Of a stretch of 48,559 nucleotides of DNA, positions 1 through 8,061 are shown piece by piece. The position numbers and the translations under genes are program-made. How positions within the stretch are numbered: the stretch's first letter is position 1; every line of letters starts with the position of its first letter. Origin of the DNA: a virus (Duplodnaviria; Caudoviricetes); IMG/VR virus record IMGVR_UViG_3300037789_000029, positions 1 through 48,559 of that record; one strand, written 5' to 3'. The notes under the pieces were generated by a model, which was not told the origin of the DNA, made no database searches, and saw nothing but the letters and a program-made list of their open reading frames with translations.

Positions 1-131
1 GTTTTCCCCCCCATGTACGTCTAGGTATGGCTCCCCCCACTGGAGCCAGCTCCCCTTGGTCCCCTTTTCTGAAATTTGTTCTAAAAAAAAAAAAAACTGT
101 ATAAAAAAAGAAGAAAGAAAAAGACTCGGAA
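1..131. repeat. Terminal direct repeat / circular assembly overlap, left copy (partner 48429-48559)
   Basis: 1-96 is identical to 48429-48524; the rest aligns without gaps with 7 mismatches, all after the poly(A) run. Confidence 0.9.
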
Positions 132-196
132 GGAACGAAGAAAGGACGGGGCTCGGCCCATACCAAAAGCACATATACCCCCAAAACGCATTTATC

Positions 197-249
197 ACCG
201 GAATTACCTTGAATGCCTTTTACCGGGATAAACTGGAACACAGCGGGAT
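197..249. repeat. Imperfect 53-bp inverted repeat, right arm (left arm 48367-48419)
   Basis: Reverse complement aligns ungapped to 48367-48419 at 39/53 positions by manual count (blocks ATCCCG, TGTGTTCC, CCCGGTA, ATTCCGGT). Confidence 0.75.
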
Positions 250-379
250 TGAATGGCAATGTGCGCACGGGCGATATAAGCCCCGCCAAGGGGGCGAGTT
301 GATTGCATGGGGGATAATACCCGGCAAGGGGGATTGTGCGCTGTGGCGGCCCGTGGCGCGCGTGTGGCGATTGCAAACG

Positions 380-403
380 AAAAGGGGGCACCGAAATGCC
401 CCC
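380..403 (-). terminator. Rho-independent terminator of the 1688->429 early operon
   Basis: Minus strand GGGGGCAT-TTCG-GTGCCCCC-TTTT just downstream of the 429 stop. Confidence 0.8.
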
Positions 404-428
404 CGCCATGATGTATGGTTCCAGATTG

Positions 429-1049
429 TCACAAATCCAATTCGTCTGCGATCTCGTCCTTTTCACCCGCAAGCAATGCTTGTGCCTCGGCAAGGTAATC
501 CCGCTTGCCCGCGTCGCGTTGCTTGTCCATCCAAGCAATTACGTTCTCTTCGTTCCAGACAAGCGTGTCCCCTTTGGTTTCAAAGAATGGCGCTACCTTT
601 TCATGTTCGGCCATGTCGGATTGCTTGACCAATCCAGTCACTTTCTTGAACAGGATTGTCAGATCGGCCTTGGCGTTCTTGACCGCAAGCGCCATATCAT
701 CCGGCAGGCTTGCCCGCGTGATACCCGTGCCGCGTTGCGTCCAATTGCCTTCGTACAGGGCGTCAAGTACCCCTTGCATGGCGGACTCGGACAGCGCAAC
801 GATTGCCTCAATGCCTTTCTTGCTATCTTTCCACGCGTCCCATTCGGCCTTGTTCACCTGTTTCTTTGGCCGCCCGAAATGGCTTTCCCCCGCGACCGTT
901 GTTGCGCTTGCCGCCGCGTCGCCGATCTTTGCCGCGACTCCATGGGCGACGATTGCCGCCATGAGCTTTTCGTCCAGCTTGGCAGGTTCCAAAACCACAG
1001 TCGCCCCGTTGCGCTTCACTTCGTACTTATCAAGGATGTTGATTTGCAT
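429..1049 (-). CDS. Hypothetical early protein (206 aa)
   Basis: GGAGAG RBS, protein-like composition, followed by a terminator. Confidence 0.8.
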   Translation of the reverse strand: MQINILDKYEVKRNGATVVLEPAKLDEKLMAAIVAHGVAAKIGDAAASATTVAGESHFGRPKKQVNKAEWDAWKDSKKGIEAIVALSESAMQGVLDALYEGNWTQRGTGITRASLPDDMALAVKNAKADLTILFKKVTGLVKQSDMAEHEKVAPFFETKGDTLVWNEENVIAWMDKQRDAGKRDYLAEAQALLAGEKDEIADELDL

Positions 1050-1108
1050 TTTGACTCTCCTAATCGGTGCGGGATTGCACCACGCTAGGCACTATCGCTA
1101 ATGCCTAG
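1050..1108 (-). promoter_or_regulatory. Structured leader element copy 1 (GNRA hairpin + AAUCCC-loop hairpin + RBS)
   Basis: Minus: CTAGGCATTA-GCGA-TAGTGCCTAG, then GGTGC-AATCCC-GCACC, then GGAGAGTCAAA-ATG; covaries with copy 2. Confidence 0.7.
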
Positions 1109-1115
1109 GCTGGTA

Positions 1116-1409
1116 TTATCCCAAAGCAAAACCTTGTGCATCGGTTCTTACCGCGTCAGGTCCATCGTGCATCCACGCGCGATATGCGGTAAGATTATAT
1201 TTCCGCAGCATGGCATGGAAAGGTTTCCCCGAGACACCGCTAAACGCCATTGACATATTGATGCCTTGTACATCGCCCGGCGTTTCACACCTTTGGATAG
1301 CGTCTGCCAAAAGAGCGAATTGTTCCTCGCCAAACCAGTTTTCACAATCCTGAATTGCCGCCATATCCATCTCTTCGCGAGACCCTTTGTATGTAATATT
1401 CATTGCCAT
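1116..1409 (-). CDS. Hypothetical early protein (97 aa)
   Basis: GGAGAG RBS, operon context. Confidence 0.75.
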   Translation of the reverse strand: MAMNITYKGSREEMDMAAIQDCENWFGEEQFALLADAIQRCETPGDVQGINMSMAFSGVSGKPFHAMLRKYNLTAYRAWMHDGPDAVRTDAQGFALG

Positions 1410-1468
1410 TTTGACTCTCCATTGTGATGCGGGATTGCATCGCGCAAGGCACTGTTGCCAATGCCTTG
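1410..1468 (-). promoter_or_regulatory. Structured leader element copy 2
   Basis: Minus: CAAGGCATTG-GCAA-CAGTGCCTTG, then GATGC-AATCCC-GCATC, then GGAGAGTCAAA-ATG; exactly 360 bp from copy 1. Confidence 0.7.
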
Positions 1469-1481
1469 TCCGATATAATCC

Positions 1482-1688
1482 TTAAAAATCTATCGTTTCC
1501 GAAATACGACTCCGTGAAATGATTGTGACAGAATACCCCGGAAACGCATTGCGCAAGCTAGTTGCGATTTGGGTTGCTTCTATCAATTGGTCAACAGGTT
1601 CCGTGCGGAAAAAGAATTTGAATGCGGGCTTACCGTCAAAGGTTTTTCCGTTCGGTGAAGCAACGTTGATTTTGTATTCATATGCCAT
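1482..1688 (-). CDS. Hypothetical early protein (68 aa)
   Basis: GGGAGAG RBS; first gene after the leftward promoter. Confidence 0.7.
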   Translation of the reverse strand: MAYEYKINVASPNGKTFDGKPAFKFFFRTEPVDQLIEATQIATSLRNAFPGYSVTIISRSRISETIDF

Positions 1689-1736
1689 TGTGTCTCTCCC
1701 ATAGCTAGCGCGTCCGACCCGGTGCCGGTGTCACGT

Positions 1737-1764
1737 AGATTAGCGCCAAGACTCGCCTTGTCAA
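1737..1764 (-). promoter_or_regulatory. Sigma70-like leftward promoter
   Basis: TTGACA-N16-TAATCT on the minus strand. Confidence 0.55.
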
Positions 1765-1951
1765 TGCCTAGTTGCGAGTGGCTCGCATGTATTTTGCTTT
1801 TCTTTCATCACGAAATGTTACAGAAACTGGCACGAAATTTCCGACCCCCACCCCCTTCTCGCGCAATCCAGGCACCCCACCTTCGACGGCACCCCGGCCC
1901 TCGCGCGCGGGGGGAGCCCTTCCAACATTCTGTTCCCACCAGACTCATATG

Positions 1952-1986
1952 GGCCCATATTGTTCACCGCGTGAACGACCCATACC
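1952..1986 (+). promoter_or_regulatory. 35-bp palindromic motif, copy 1 (three of four blocks)
   Basis: GTTCAC-cgc-GTGAAC-gac-CCATACC; ends 15 nt before the TTGACA at 2002. Confidence 0.7.
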
Positions 1987-2001
1987 TTACCTTTACCCGC
2001 G

Positions 2002-2030
2002 TTGACAGCCGCGCAGTTTTCCACTAGGCT
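2002..2030 (+). promoter_or_regulatory. Sigma70-like promoter of the packaging/structural operon
   Basis: TTGACA-N17-TAGGCT upstream of the first rightward gene. Confidence 0.6.
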
Positions 2031-2060
2031 GGGATAAGGTAATGCGAGATATGGCTCGAG

Positions 2061-2663
2061 ATGGTTAGCGTGCACGATTTAGACCTAGACCTGCGGACGG
2101 TTGGCCGGGCACAGAAGCCGATTGTGGTTGGCGAGACAAGGGAACTGGAACTGGAGGACTTGGAGTCGCTCCAGGTTGAAACTGCGACTAAGCCAAAGCC
2201 GTTGAAGAAGTTGCGGAACCGGCATCACCAGTTGGCGAAGATGCTGGCGGATGGAGTTTCCGAAGGTGATGCGAGCATCATGTGCGGGTATACGAACTCG
2301 CATATCTCGATTCTCAAGGCGGACCCGAGTTTCAAAGACCTGGTGACTTTCTATCAAGAGAAGGTGGATGATAAGTATCTGGACTTGCACGAGAAGATTG
2401 CAGGGCTAGGCGAGGATGCTGTCGATGAAATCACCGAGCGGCTGACGAATGAACCGGAAGAATTCTCCGTCGGGCAGTTGCTGGAAGTTTCCAAGATGGC
2501 ACTGGATCGCTCCGGCTATGGCCCGCAGACTTCCACGAACGTAAATGTCAACATCGGACTGGCAGATAAACTCGCGGCATCTCGCAAGCGGGCGTTGCAG
2601 GCTAAGGCCGACGCGATGAAAGAGTCTCGCATGATCGACATTACTCCGGAGGACGAAGGTTGA
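2061..2663 (+). CDS. terS: Probable terminase small subunit
   Basis: Directly upstream of and overlapping terL; HTH-like segment (RHHQLAKMLADG...GYTNSHISIL) and helical C-terminal half. Confidence 0.6.
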   Translation: MVSVHDLDLDLRTVGRAQKPIVVGETRELELEDLESLQVETATKPKPLKKLRNRHHQLAKMLADGVSEGDASIMCGYTNSHISILKADPSFKDLVTFYQEKVDDKYLDLHEKIAGLGEDAVDEITERLTNEPEEFSVGQLLEVSKMALDRSGYGPQTSTNVNVNIGLADKLAASRKRALQAKADAMKESRMIDITPEDEG

Positions 2664-4240
2664 GCCTAACTGCCGAATCCCTCACCCCGGAGGAAGAACT
2701 CCTAGTTGACCTGGCCGGGTATGGCAACGATGCCCTCGGCTGGGTCCATTGGGCATTTCCCTGGGGCGAGCCGGGCGATCTGGAAAAGTACACTGGGCCG
2801 GAAGAGTGGCAGGCGGAGTTGCTAACGCAACTCTCTGAAGGCGCAATAGCCGTTGATGAAGCTATCGCCGCTGCAATGGCATTCAATGAAGATGCTGAAG
2901 CCGACCCAATCCAGCTATCCCGTTGCTCCGGCCACGGTATCGGCAAGTCCGCCTGTGTGGCTTGGATTATCCTTTGGGCAATCTCCACCTTCGAGGACAC
3001 CAAGGGCGTCGTCACCGCCAACACCGAGAATCAGCTCAAGACCAAGACCTGGGCCGAGGTCGCCAAGTGGCATCGCCTGTTTATCGGCAAGCGGCTGTTC
3101 AAAATGACTGCCACCGCGTTGTTCTCAGCTGACCCGGACCATGAAAAGACCTGGCGCATTGACATGGTGCCGTGGTCTGAGAAAAACATGGAAGCCTTCG
3201 CCGGTTTGCACAACCAGGGCAAGCGGATCATTGTTGTGTTCGACGAGGCCTCGGCCATCCATGATCTCATCTGGGAAACAACCGAGGGTGCGCTGACCGA
3301 TAAGAATACTCAAATCTTCTGGGTGTGCTTCGGGAACCCGACGAAATCCTCCGGGCGGTTTCGTGAGTGCTTCCCAGGCGGGCGGTTCGAGAAACGTTGG
3401 AAGTCCCGTGCGATTGACTCGCGCGAAGTCTCCTTCACAAACAAATCCCAAATCGCAACCTGGATCGAGGACTATGGCGAGGATCATGACTTTGTTCGCG
3501 TACGTGTTCGAGGTGTCTTTCCCCGCATCGACGCTGCGAGCTTCATTTCTTATGAACTTGCGCTCGAGGCGACTAAGCGCCCGGTGCCGGAACATAATTC
3601 TGCGCCGATCATCCTTGGAGTCGACTGCGCCCGGTTCGGTGACAACAAGTCAGTTATCTTCCCGAGGAAAGGCCGAGATGCTCGCACTCTCCGCCCGCGC
3701 GTGTTCCAGAACATCAACACGCTACAACTTACCGCGGAGATAGTTCGGGCCTTCCATGAGCTAGGCGCAAGTGCGATTTGTATCGACACGGGCTCGTTTG
3801 GCGCGGCTATCTACGACAATCTCCTTGCCGCCGATCTTCCTGTATATGAGGTATCCTTCGGCAGCCCGGACGACCAGCAATGCTATGGCCAGGCGGAAGC
3901 GCGTATCAGATACTTCAACAAACGTTCAGCGATCTACGGCGCGATACGCACCTGGCTCCATCACGGCTGCATCCCAGACGAAGTTCCCATGCTGGAAGAT
4001 AGCCTTCCAACTGAAATGTCTGGCCCGACCTTCACCATTGCGAAAGAGGACGTGATCCAGCTGGAGTCCAAGAAGGACATGCGCCGTCGAGGCATAACCT
4101 CCCCAGACGCCACCGATGCACTCGCCTGTACCCTCGCGTTCGCGTGGCTGGACGATCTCCTTCCAGCTGAACTAGCCGCCGCCAACAACAACTACTCATC
4201 CCCCAATCCATACGACGAGAAAGATTTCGCCAATGCGTAA
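2660..4240 (+). CDS. terL: Terminase large subunit
   Basis: Walker A SGHGIGKS, Walker B IVVFDEAS, coupling motif GNP, RNase H-like ILGVDCAR and SPDATDAL; TTG start. Confidence 0.93.
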   Translation: MSLTAESLTPEEELLVDLAGYGNDALGWVHWAFPWGEPGDLEKYTGPEEWQAELLTQLSEGAIAVDEAIAAAMAFNEDAEADPIQLSRCSGHGIGKSACVAWIILWAISTFEDTKGVVTANTENQLKTKTWAEVAKWHRLFIGKRLFKMTATALFSADPDHEKTWRIDMVPWSEKNMEAFAGLHNQGKRIIVVFDEASAIHDLIWETTEGALTDKNTQIFWVCFGNPTKSSGRFRECFPGGRFEKRWKSRAIDSREVSFTNKSQIATWIEDYGEDHDFVRVRVRGVFPRIDAASFISYELALEATKRPVPEHNSAPIILGVDCARFGDNKSVIFPRKGRDARTLRPRVFQNINTLQLTAEIVRAFHELGASAICIDTGSFGAAIYDNLLAADLPVYEVSFGSPDDQQCYGQAEARIRYFNKRSAIYGAIRTWLHHGCIPDEVPMLEDSLPTEMSGPTFTIAKEDVIQLESKKDMRRRGITSPDATDALACTLAFAWLDDLLPAELAAANNNYSSPNPYDEKDFANA

Positions 4241-4415
4241 GCCTAATGTACCCGATCCGGTCCCTGCGGCCAATGCGCCGACACAGGCAAGCTACATGTC
4301 TCGGGGCACAACGAACTCGACTCCGAACATCTCCGCCCGCCCGCAGTTCGCGCCCATCACCGGCCAAGCGAATATCCGCACAGGGCGGCCGAGCCTCCTG
4401 GGGCGCACTCAATGA
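4233..4415 (+). CDS. Small virion-associated protein (60 aa)
   Basis: Coupled between terL and portal; Pro-rich N-terminus and SLLG C-terminus, as often seen at this locus. Confidence 0.55.
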   Translation: MRKPNVPDPVPAANAPTQASYMSRGTTNSTPNISARPQFAPITGQANIRTGRPSLLGRTQ

Positions 4416-6076
4416 AAATCCCAGCCCCCGCCCACAAGGGCATGAAGCGAACCATGATGGAGCTGCACAAAATACGCGCTCCTTGGTTCACCCACTGGCG
4501 TGAGGTGGCGGATTATTTCCTGCCCCGGCGCTACCCGTATCTGGCGACGAAGAAAGAGTCCTCAACCGCTGCGATCTCCCGGAACCGGAAACTCCTCAAC
4601 TCCACCACCACGCTCGCGGTACGCACTCTTGCCAGTGGCATGATGAACGGGGTAACCTCCCCGGCCCGTCCGTGGTTCCGGCTGCGTATTCCCGGCTTCG
4701 ATGAGAACAACACTTCGCAAGATGTGAAAATCTATCTCACCGAGGTCGAGCGCATTATGATGCTCATCCTGGCCGAGAGTAATTTCTACAACTCGATGGC
4801 GATCCTCTACCTTGAGTGGTGTACCTTCGGCACCGCTGCAATGGCGATCTATGAGGATTTCAACGACATTATCCGCTGTTACAACTACGCCCTTGGCGAG
4901 TTCTACATTTCCCAAGGTCACGACGGTCGAGTCAATCGGCTTATGCGCAAGGTGTCAATGACCCTCGAGCAGATCGTTAAGAAATTTGGTGAGGACAATG
5001 TAACCGAGCAAATGCTTCGCGACTATAAAGCGGGCGACGACAAGCGCCTGCATACTCACGTTGTAGTCCATCTGATCGAGGAGAACGATCCAACCGATCG
5101 TGTGCTGAAAACCAACGCGAAGTTCCGCGAGGTCTATTGGCTCGAGGCCGCTAATGACGGAAACGTCCTGTCCGTGTATCCCCTCTATGAGTGGAACTTA
5201 GTTGTACCGCGCTGGGAACTGCATTCCGGCGACGCGTATGGAACCTCGCCCGCAATGGACGCCCTGGGTGATGCGATTGAACTTCAGTTCGCTCAGCTCG
5301 ACCTAGCCAAAGCTCGTAAGAAAGCCCTGGACCCTGCGCTCATCGTAGACCAGCAACTTCGCAATCGACCCACTGCCCTGCACACCGGTGGCATAACCTA
5401 CGCCAGCGCGATGAACTCCAACTTCGGGGCGAAGAAAGCCTACGATATGGATTTCCCATTCCAGGAAGAACGCGCACATATCGAAACCTTGCAGTCCCGT
5501 ATTCGGGAAACCTGCCACAACAATCTCTTCAATATGATTTCCAATCTGGAAACCGTACGCTCCGCAACCGAGATCGACGCGCGGCGGGAAGAGAAACTTG
5601 TCCACCTCGGTCCGGTGCTCGAGCGGTTTGAGAACGAGGGGCTCGATCCATCCCTCAAACGCGTGTTCGCCATTGCCCAGCGTAAGGGGATTTTCCCTGA
5701 CCCGCCGGAAAGTCTCGACGGGCGTTCGATTGAGGTACAGTATGTATCTGTACTTAGCGACGCTCAGCGCGCAGTTGGCACTGTGCCGATCGAACGGTTC
5801 TTCGCACTGGTTGGCCAGGTGTCTGCCGCATTCCCCTCCGCGCAGCGTGTGCCGAATGTGGAAGAGCTCATCCGTCAATATGCCGAGGGCATTGGCATCA
5901 AACCCAAGGGGCTTAACTCCCCTGAGGAAGTCGCAGAAGCTGTGGCCGCGGACGAGGAAAACCAACGCCTTGCACAGTCGGCCGCTGTATCCAAAGACCT
6001 TGCAGGGGCCGCGCAGGCTGCTGGTAACGTCGATGTTGGCGGTGGGCAGAACGCCGTGTCAGCCCTGTTAGGATAA
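4412..6076 (+). CDS. Portal / head-tail connector (T7/BPP-1 type)
   Basis: Motifs LASGMMNGVTSPARPWFRL, YGTSPAMDALGD, RSATEIDARREEK, LGPVLERF. Confidence 0.92.
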   Translation: MKIPAPAHKGMKRTMMELHKIRAPWFTHWREVADYFLPRRYPYLATKKESSTAAISRNRKLLNSTTTLAVRTLASGMMNGVTSPARPWFRLRIPGFDENNTSQDVKIYLTEVERIMMLILAESNFYNSMAILYLEWCTFGTAAMAIYEDFNDIIRCYNYALGEFYISQGHDGRVNRLMRKVSMTLEQIVKKFGEDNVTEQMLRDYKAGDDKRLHTHVVVHLIEENDPTDRVLKTNAKFREVYWLEAANDGNVLSVYPLYEWNLVVPRWELHSGDAYGTSPAMDALGDAIELQFAQLDLAKARKKALDPALIVDQQLRNRPTALHTGGITYASAMNSNFGAKKAYDMDFPFQEERAHIETLQSRIRETCHNNLFNMISNLETVRSATEIDARREEKLVHLGPVLERFENEGLDPSLKRVFAIAQRKGIFPDPPESLDGRSIEVQYVSVLSDAQRAVGTVPIERFFALVGQVSAAFPSAQRVPNVEELIRQYAEGIGIKPKGLNSPEEVAEAVAADEENQRLAQSAAVSKDLAGAAQAAGNVDVGGGQNAVSALLG

Positions 6077-6079
6077 CCC

Positions 6080-6364
6080 ATGGATAAAGAGACTAAGAAT
6101 AAGTTCGCCAGTGTCTGCGCCGCAATTCGTAAGGACGCGAACCTGCAGTTTTTCTTCCAGGAAATCTTCAACATCTCGGGATTGTTCGCGGCTGCCCCAG
6201 GCGCTTCCGATCTCCGAGACCGTTTCGAGGGCCAACGCGATCTGGCACTAATCATCAAACAAAACCTCGAAGATCACGACCCAACCCTTTTCGCGGAACT
6301 TTACCTAAACTGGTGCCAACAAACCACCAACGAACCTCAGAAGGATTTAGAAGATGGCGCGTAA
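6080..6364 (+). CDS. Bbp19-like small protein downstream of portal
   Basis: F-EG-R motif (FEGQRDLAL) and synteny. Confidence 0.6.
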   Translation: MDKETKNKFASVCAAIRKDANLQFFFQEIFNISGLFAAAPGASDLRDRFEGQRDLALIIKQNLEDHDPTLFAELYLNWCQQTTNEPQKDLEDGA

Positions 6365-6638
6365 TCAAGAAGTAGTATCTTGCCCTCCCGGTGAGTGGAC
6401 GCAGCTTACCAACGGAGACGTCAGTGCAATTACGTTCCAGTGCATTGGGCCGGATGCCTGGGTGCGATACACCACCGACGCAACAGCTCCAACAACAGAT
6501 ATGGGTTTCCTCAGCCGAACCGGCGATGGGCCGATCAACCGGGATATGTCAGACCTGACAAATCTGTCAGGCGCTGATCGCGTGTGGGCAAAACCGAAAG
6601 GCACCTCTTATGCCTTCTTCATTGTGGACCACGCCTGA
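6354..6638 (+). CDS. Small all-beta protein, possible spike base/decoration
   Basis: 94 aa, beta-rich; TGATG overlap couples it to the next gene. Confidence 0.5.
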   Translation: MARNQEVVSCPPGEWTQLTNGDVSAITFQCIGPDAWVRYTTDATAPTTDMGFLSRTGDGPINRDMSDLTNLSGADRVWAKPKGTSYAFFIVDHA

Positions 6639-8059
6639 TGAACCAGCCTTTATTTTTTCGGAAGAGTCTATTCTATGAGGATATAGACTACACTCCCGGA
6701 ACACCTTCACCAGACCCGGTAGTGGTGGATAACGTTACCGCAGGGACGTGGACCGGATCGGCGCAACCCCTCACCGTTGCGGCCACAGGCGCGGAAAACG
6801 GCGACGGCGTATATTGGGTGATCGTGCCCGCCGCCGATAGCGCCCCGAGCGCGTCCGAAGTGCGGGCAGGGCAGGCCAACGGCGGCGGCAGCCCGACCGA
6901 AAGCGGCAACGATGTTTGGCCCGGTCCGTTCAGCGACACGCTGGTATCCGGCATTCCGAACGGCTCGTACAAGATCTACGTGGTGATCGACAACGGCGCG
7001 CTGTCGAATGTGGGTGCGTCTGACGCCTTCACCGTTGACACCACCCCGGCAGACCTCGGCACGCCCACTGTAACGGGCGGCACGGCGGTTATCGACTGGG
7101 CGTTCACGGCTGACGAGGACAGCGATGCAGTCACCGGCTGGCGCGTCAGCTACTGGCCTGATGGCACGGAACCGTCAGACGCTGAAATCGAAAGCGGGAC
7201 CGGATCGACGGCCACCACCACCGGCACTGCCAGCGCGTCCGTCGAGGAAAGCGGACAGTTTACCAGCGTGGCGGCGGGCGTGCACCAGCCGACCATCTTC
7301 TACAAGGACACGTTCGGCAACAAGACGTACCTGACCCTGGCCGATGTAACGGTAACAGCGGCGGCGGCAGGCCCGCAAGTCAATGGCACGCCTGTCAGCG
7401 CATATGAATCCACCAGTGCGACTTCGACTGGCGGTTCCGGCGTTTCGTTCACGGCGGCGGCTGGGTCGAACAGGCTCATTACAGCGATTGTGGATTACGG
7501 CCAGCTAACACCGGCTGCTACTACCGCCACCCCTAGCATGGGTGCGCAGGCGTTTACGCTGGCAGGTTCGCTTGGCAGTACGACAGGCGGCATCGCTAAG
7601 GTTCAGATGTTCTACATCAAAGAGGCGGACATACCGGCTGGGGCTAACACCATCAGCATCACGTTCGATCAGAACGTCGCCTATCCGCATGTGACGATTG
7701 TTGAATGGACCGGCGTCGATCAGACGACCCCTGTTGTGGCGGCCAGCCCAGACGCAACCTTGTCCTTTCAAAGCGACACCACGCTTGCATATTCGATCAC
7801 AACGAGTGCTGCAAATTCGGTTGTTCTCACCAGCGTCCACTTGTTCAACACATCAGCGGTTCAAACCTTCACCCCATCAACGGACACGGGCGGGTCGGTC
7901 ACTGAAATCACCCAGCATTCGCTCGGCGCTGGCTACGGCCAGTCGGTGGCGTTCTACGAGAGCGTTGCATCGTCCAGCACGTCGGTCGGACACGATGCAT
8001 CTTGGACGCCCAACACAGCTCGTTGGGGTCGGCGTTCCATGGAAATCAAGGCGGCATAA
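6638..8059 (+). CDS. Thr/Ser/Gly-rich multi-beta-sandwich virion fibre/decoration protein (~473 aa)
   Basis: ATG at 6638 overlaps the upstream stop; repeated Ig/FN3-like units (VYWVIVPAADSAPSASEVRAG vs VSYWPDGTEPSDAEIESG). Confidence 0.6.
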   Translation: MNQPLFFRKSLFYEDIDYTPGTPSPDPVVVDNVTAGTWTGSAQPLTVAATGAENGDGVYWVIVPAADSAPSASEVRAGQANGGGSPTESGNDVWPGPFSDTLVSGIPNGSYKIYVVIDNGALSNVGASDAFTVDTTPADLGTPTVTGGTAVIDWAFTADEDSDAVTGWRVSYWPDGTEPSDAEIESGTGSTATTTGTASASVEESGQFTSVAAGVHQPTIFYKDTFGNKTYLTLADVTVTAAAAGPQVNGTPVSAYESTSATSTGGSGVSFTAAAGSNRLITAIVDYGQLTPAATTATPSMGAQAFTLAGSLGSTTGGIAKVQMFYIKEADIPAGANTISITFDQNVAYPHVTIVEWTGVDQTTPVVAASPDATLSFQSDTTLAYSITTSAANSVVLTSVHLFNTSAVQTFTPSTDTGGSVTEITQHSLGAGYGQSVAFYESVASSSTSVGHDASWTPNTARWGRRSMEIKAA

Positions 8060-8061
8060 TC

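Noticed and set aside
56-1101. Plus-strand ORFs 56-628, 336-1088 and 505-1101
   Set aside because: They run through homopolymer/origin-like DNA or are antisense to a gene that has an RBS and terminator; composition is implausible.
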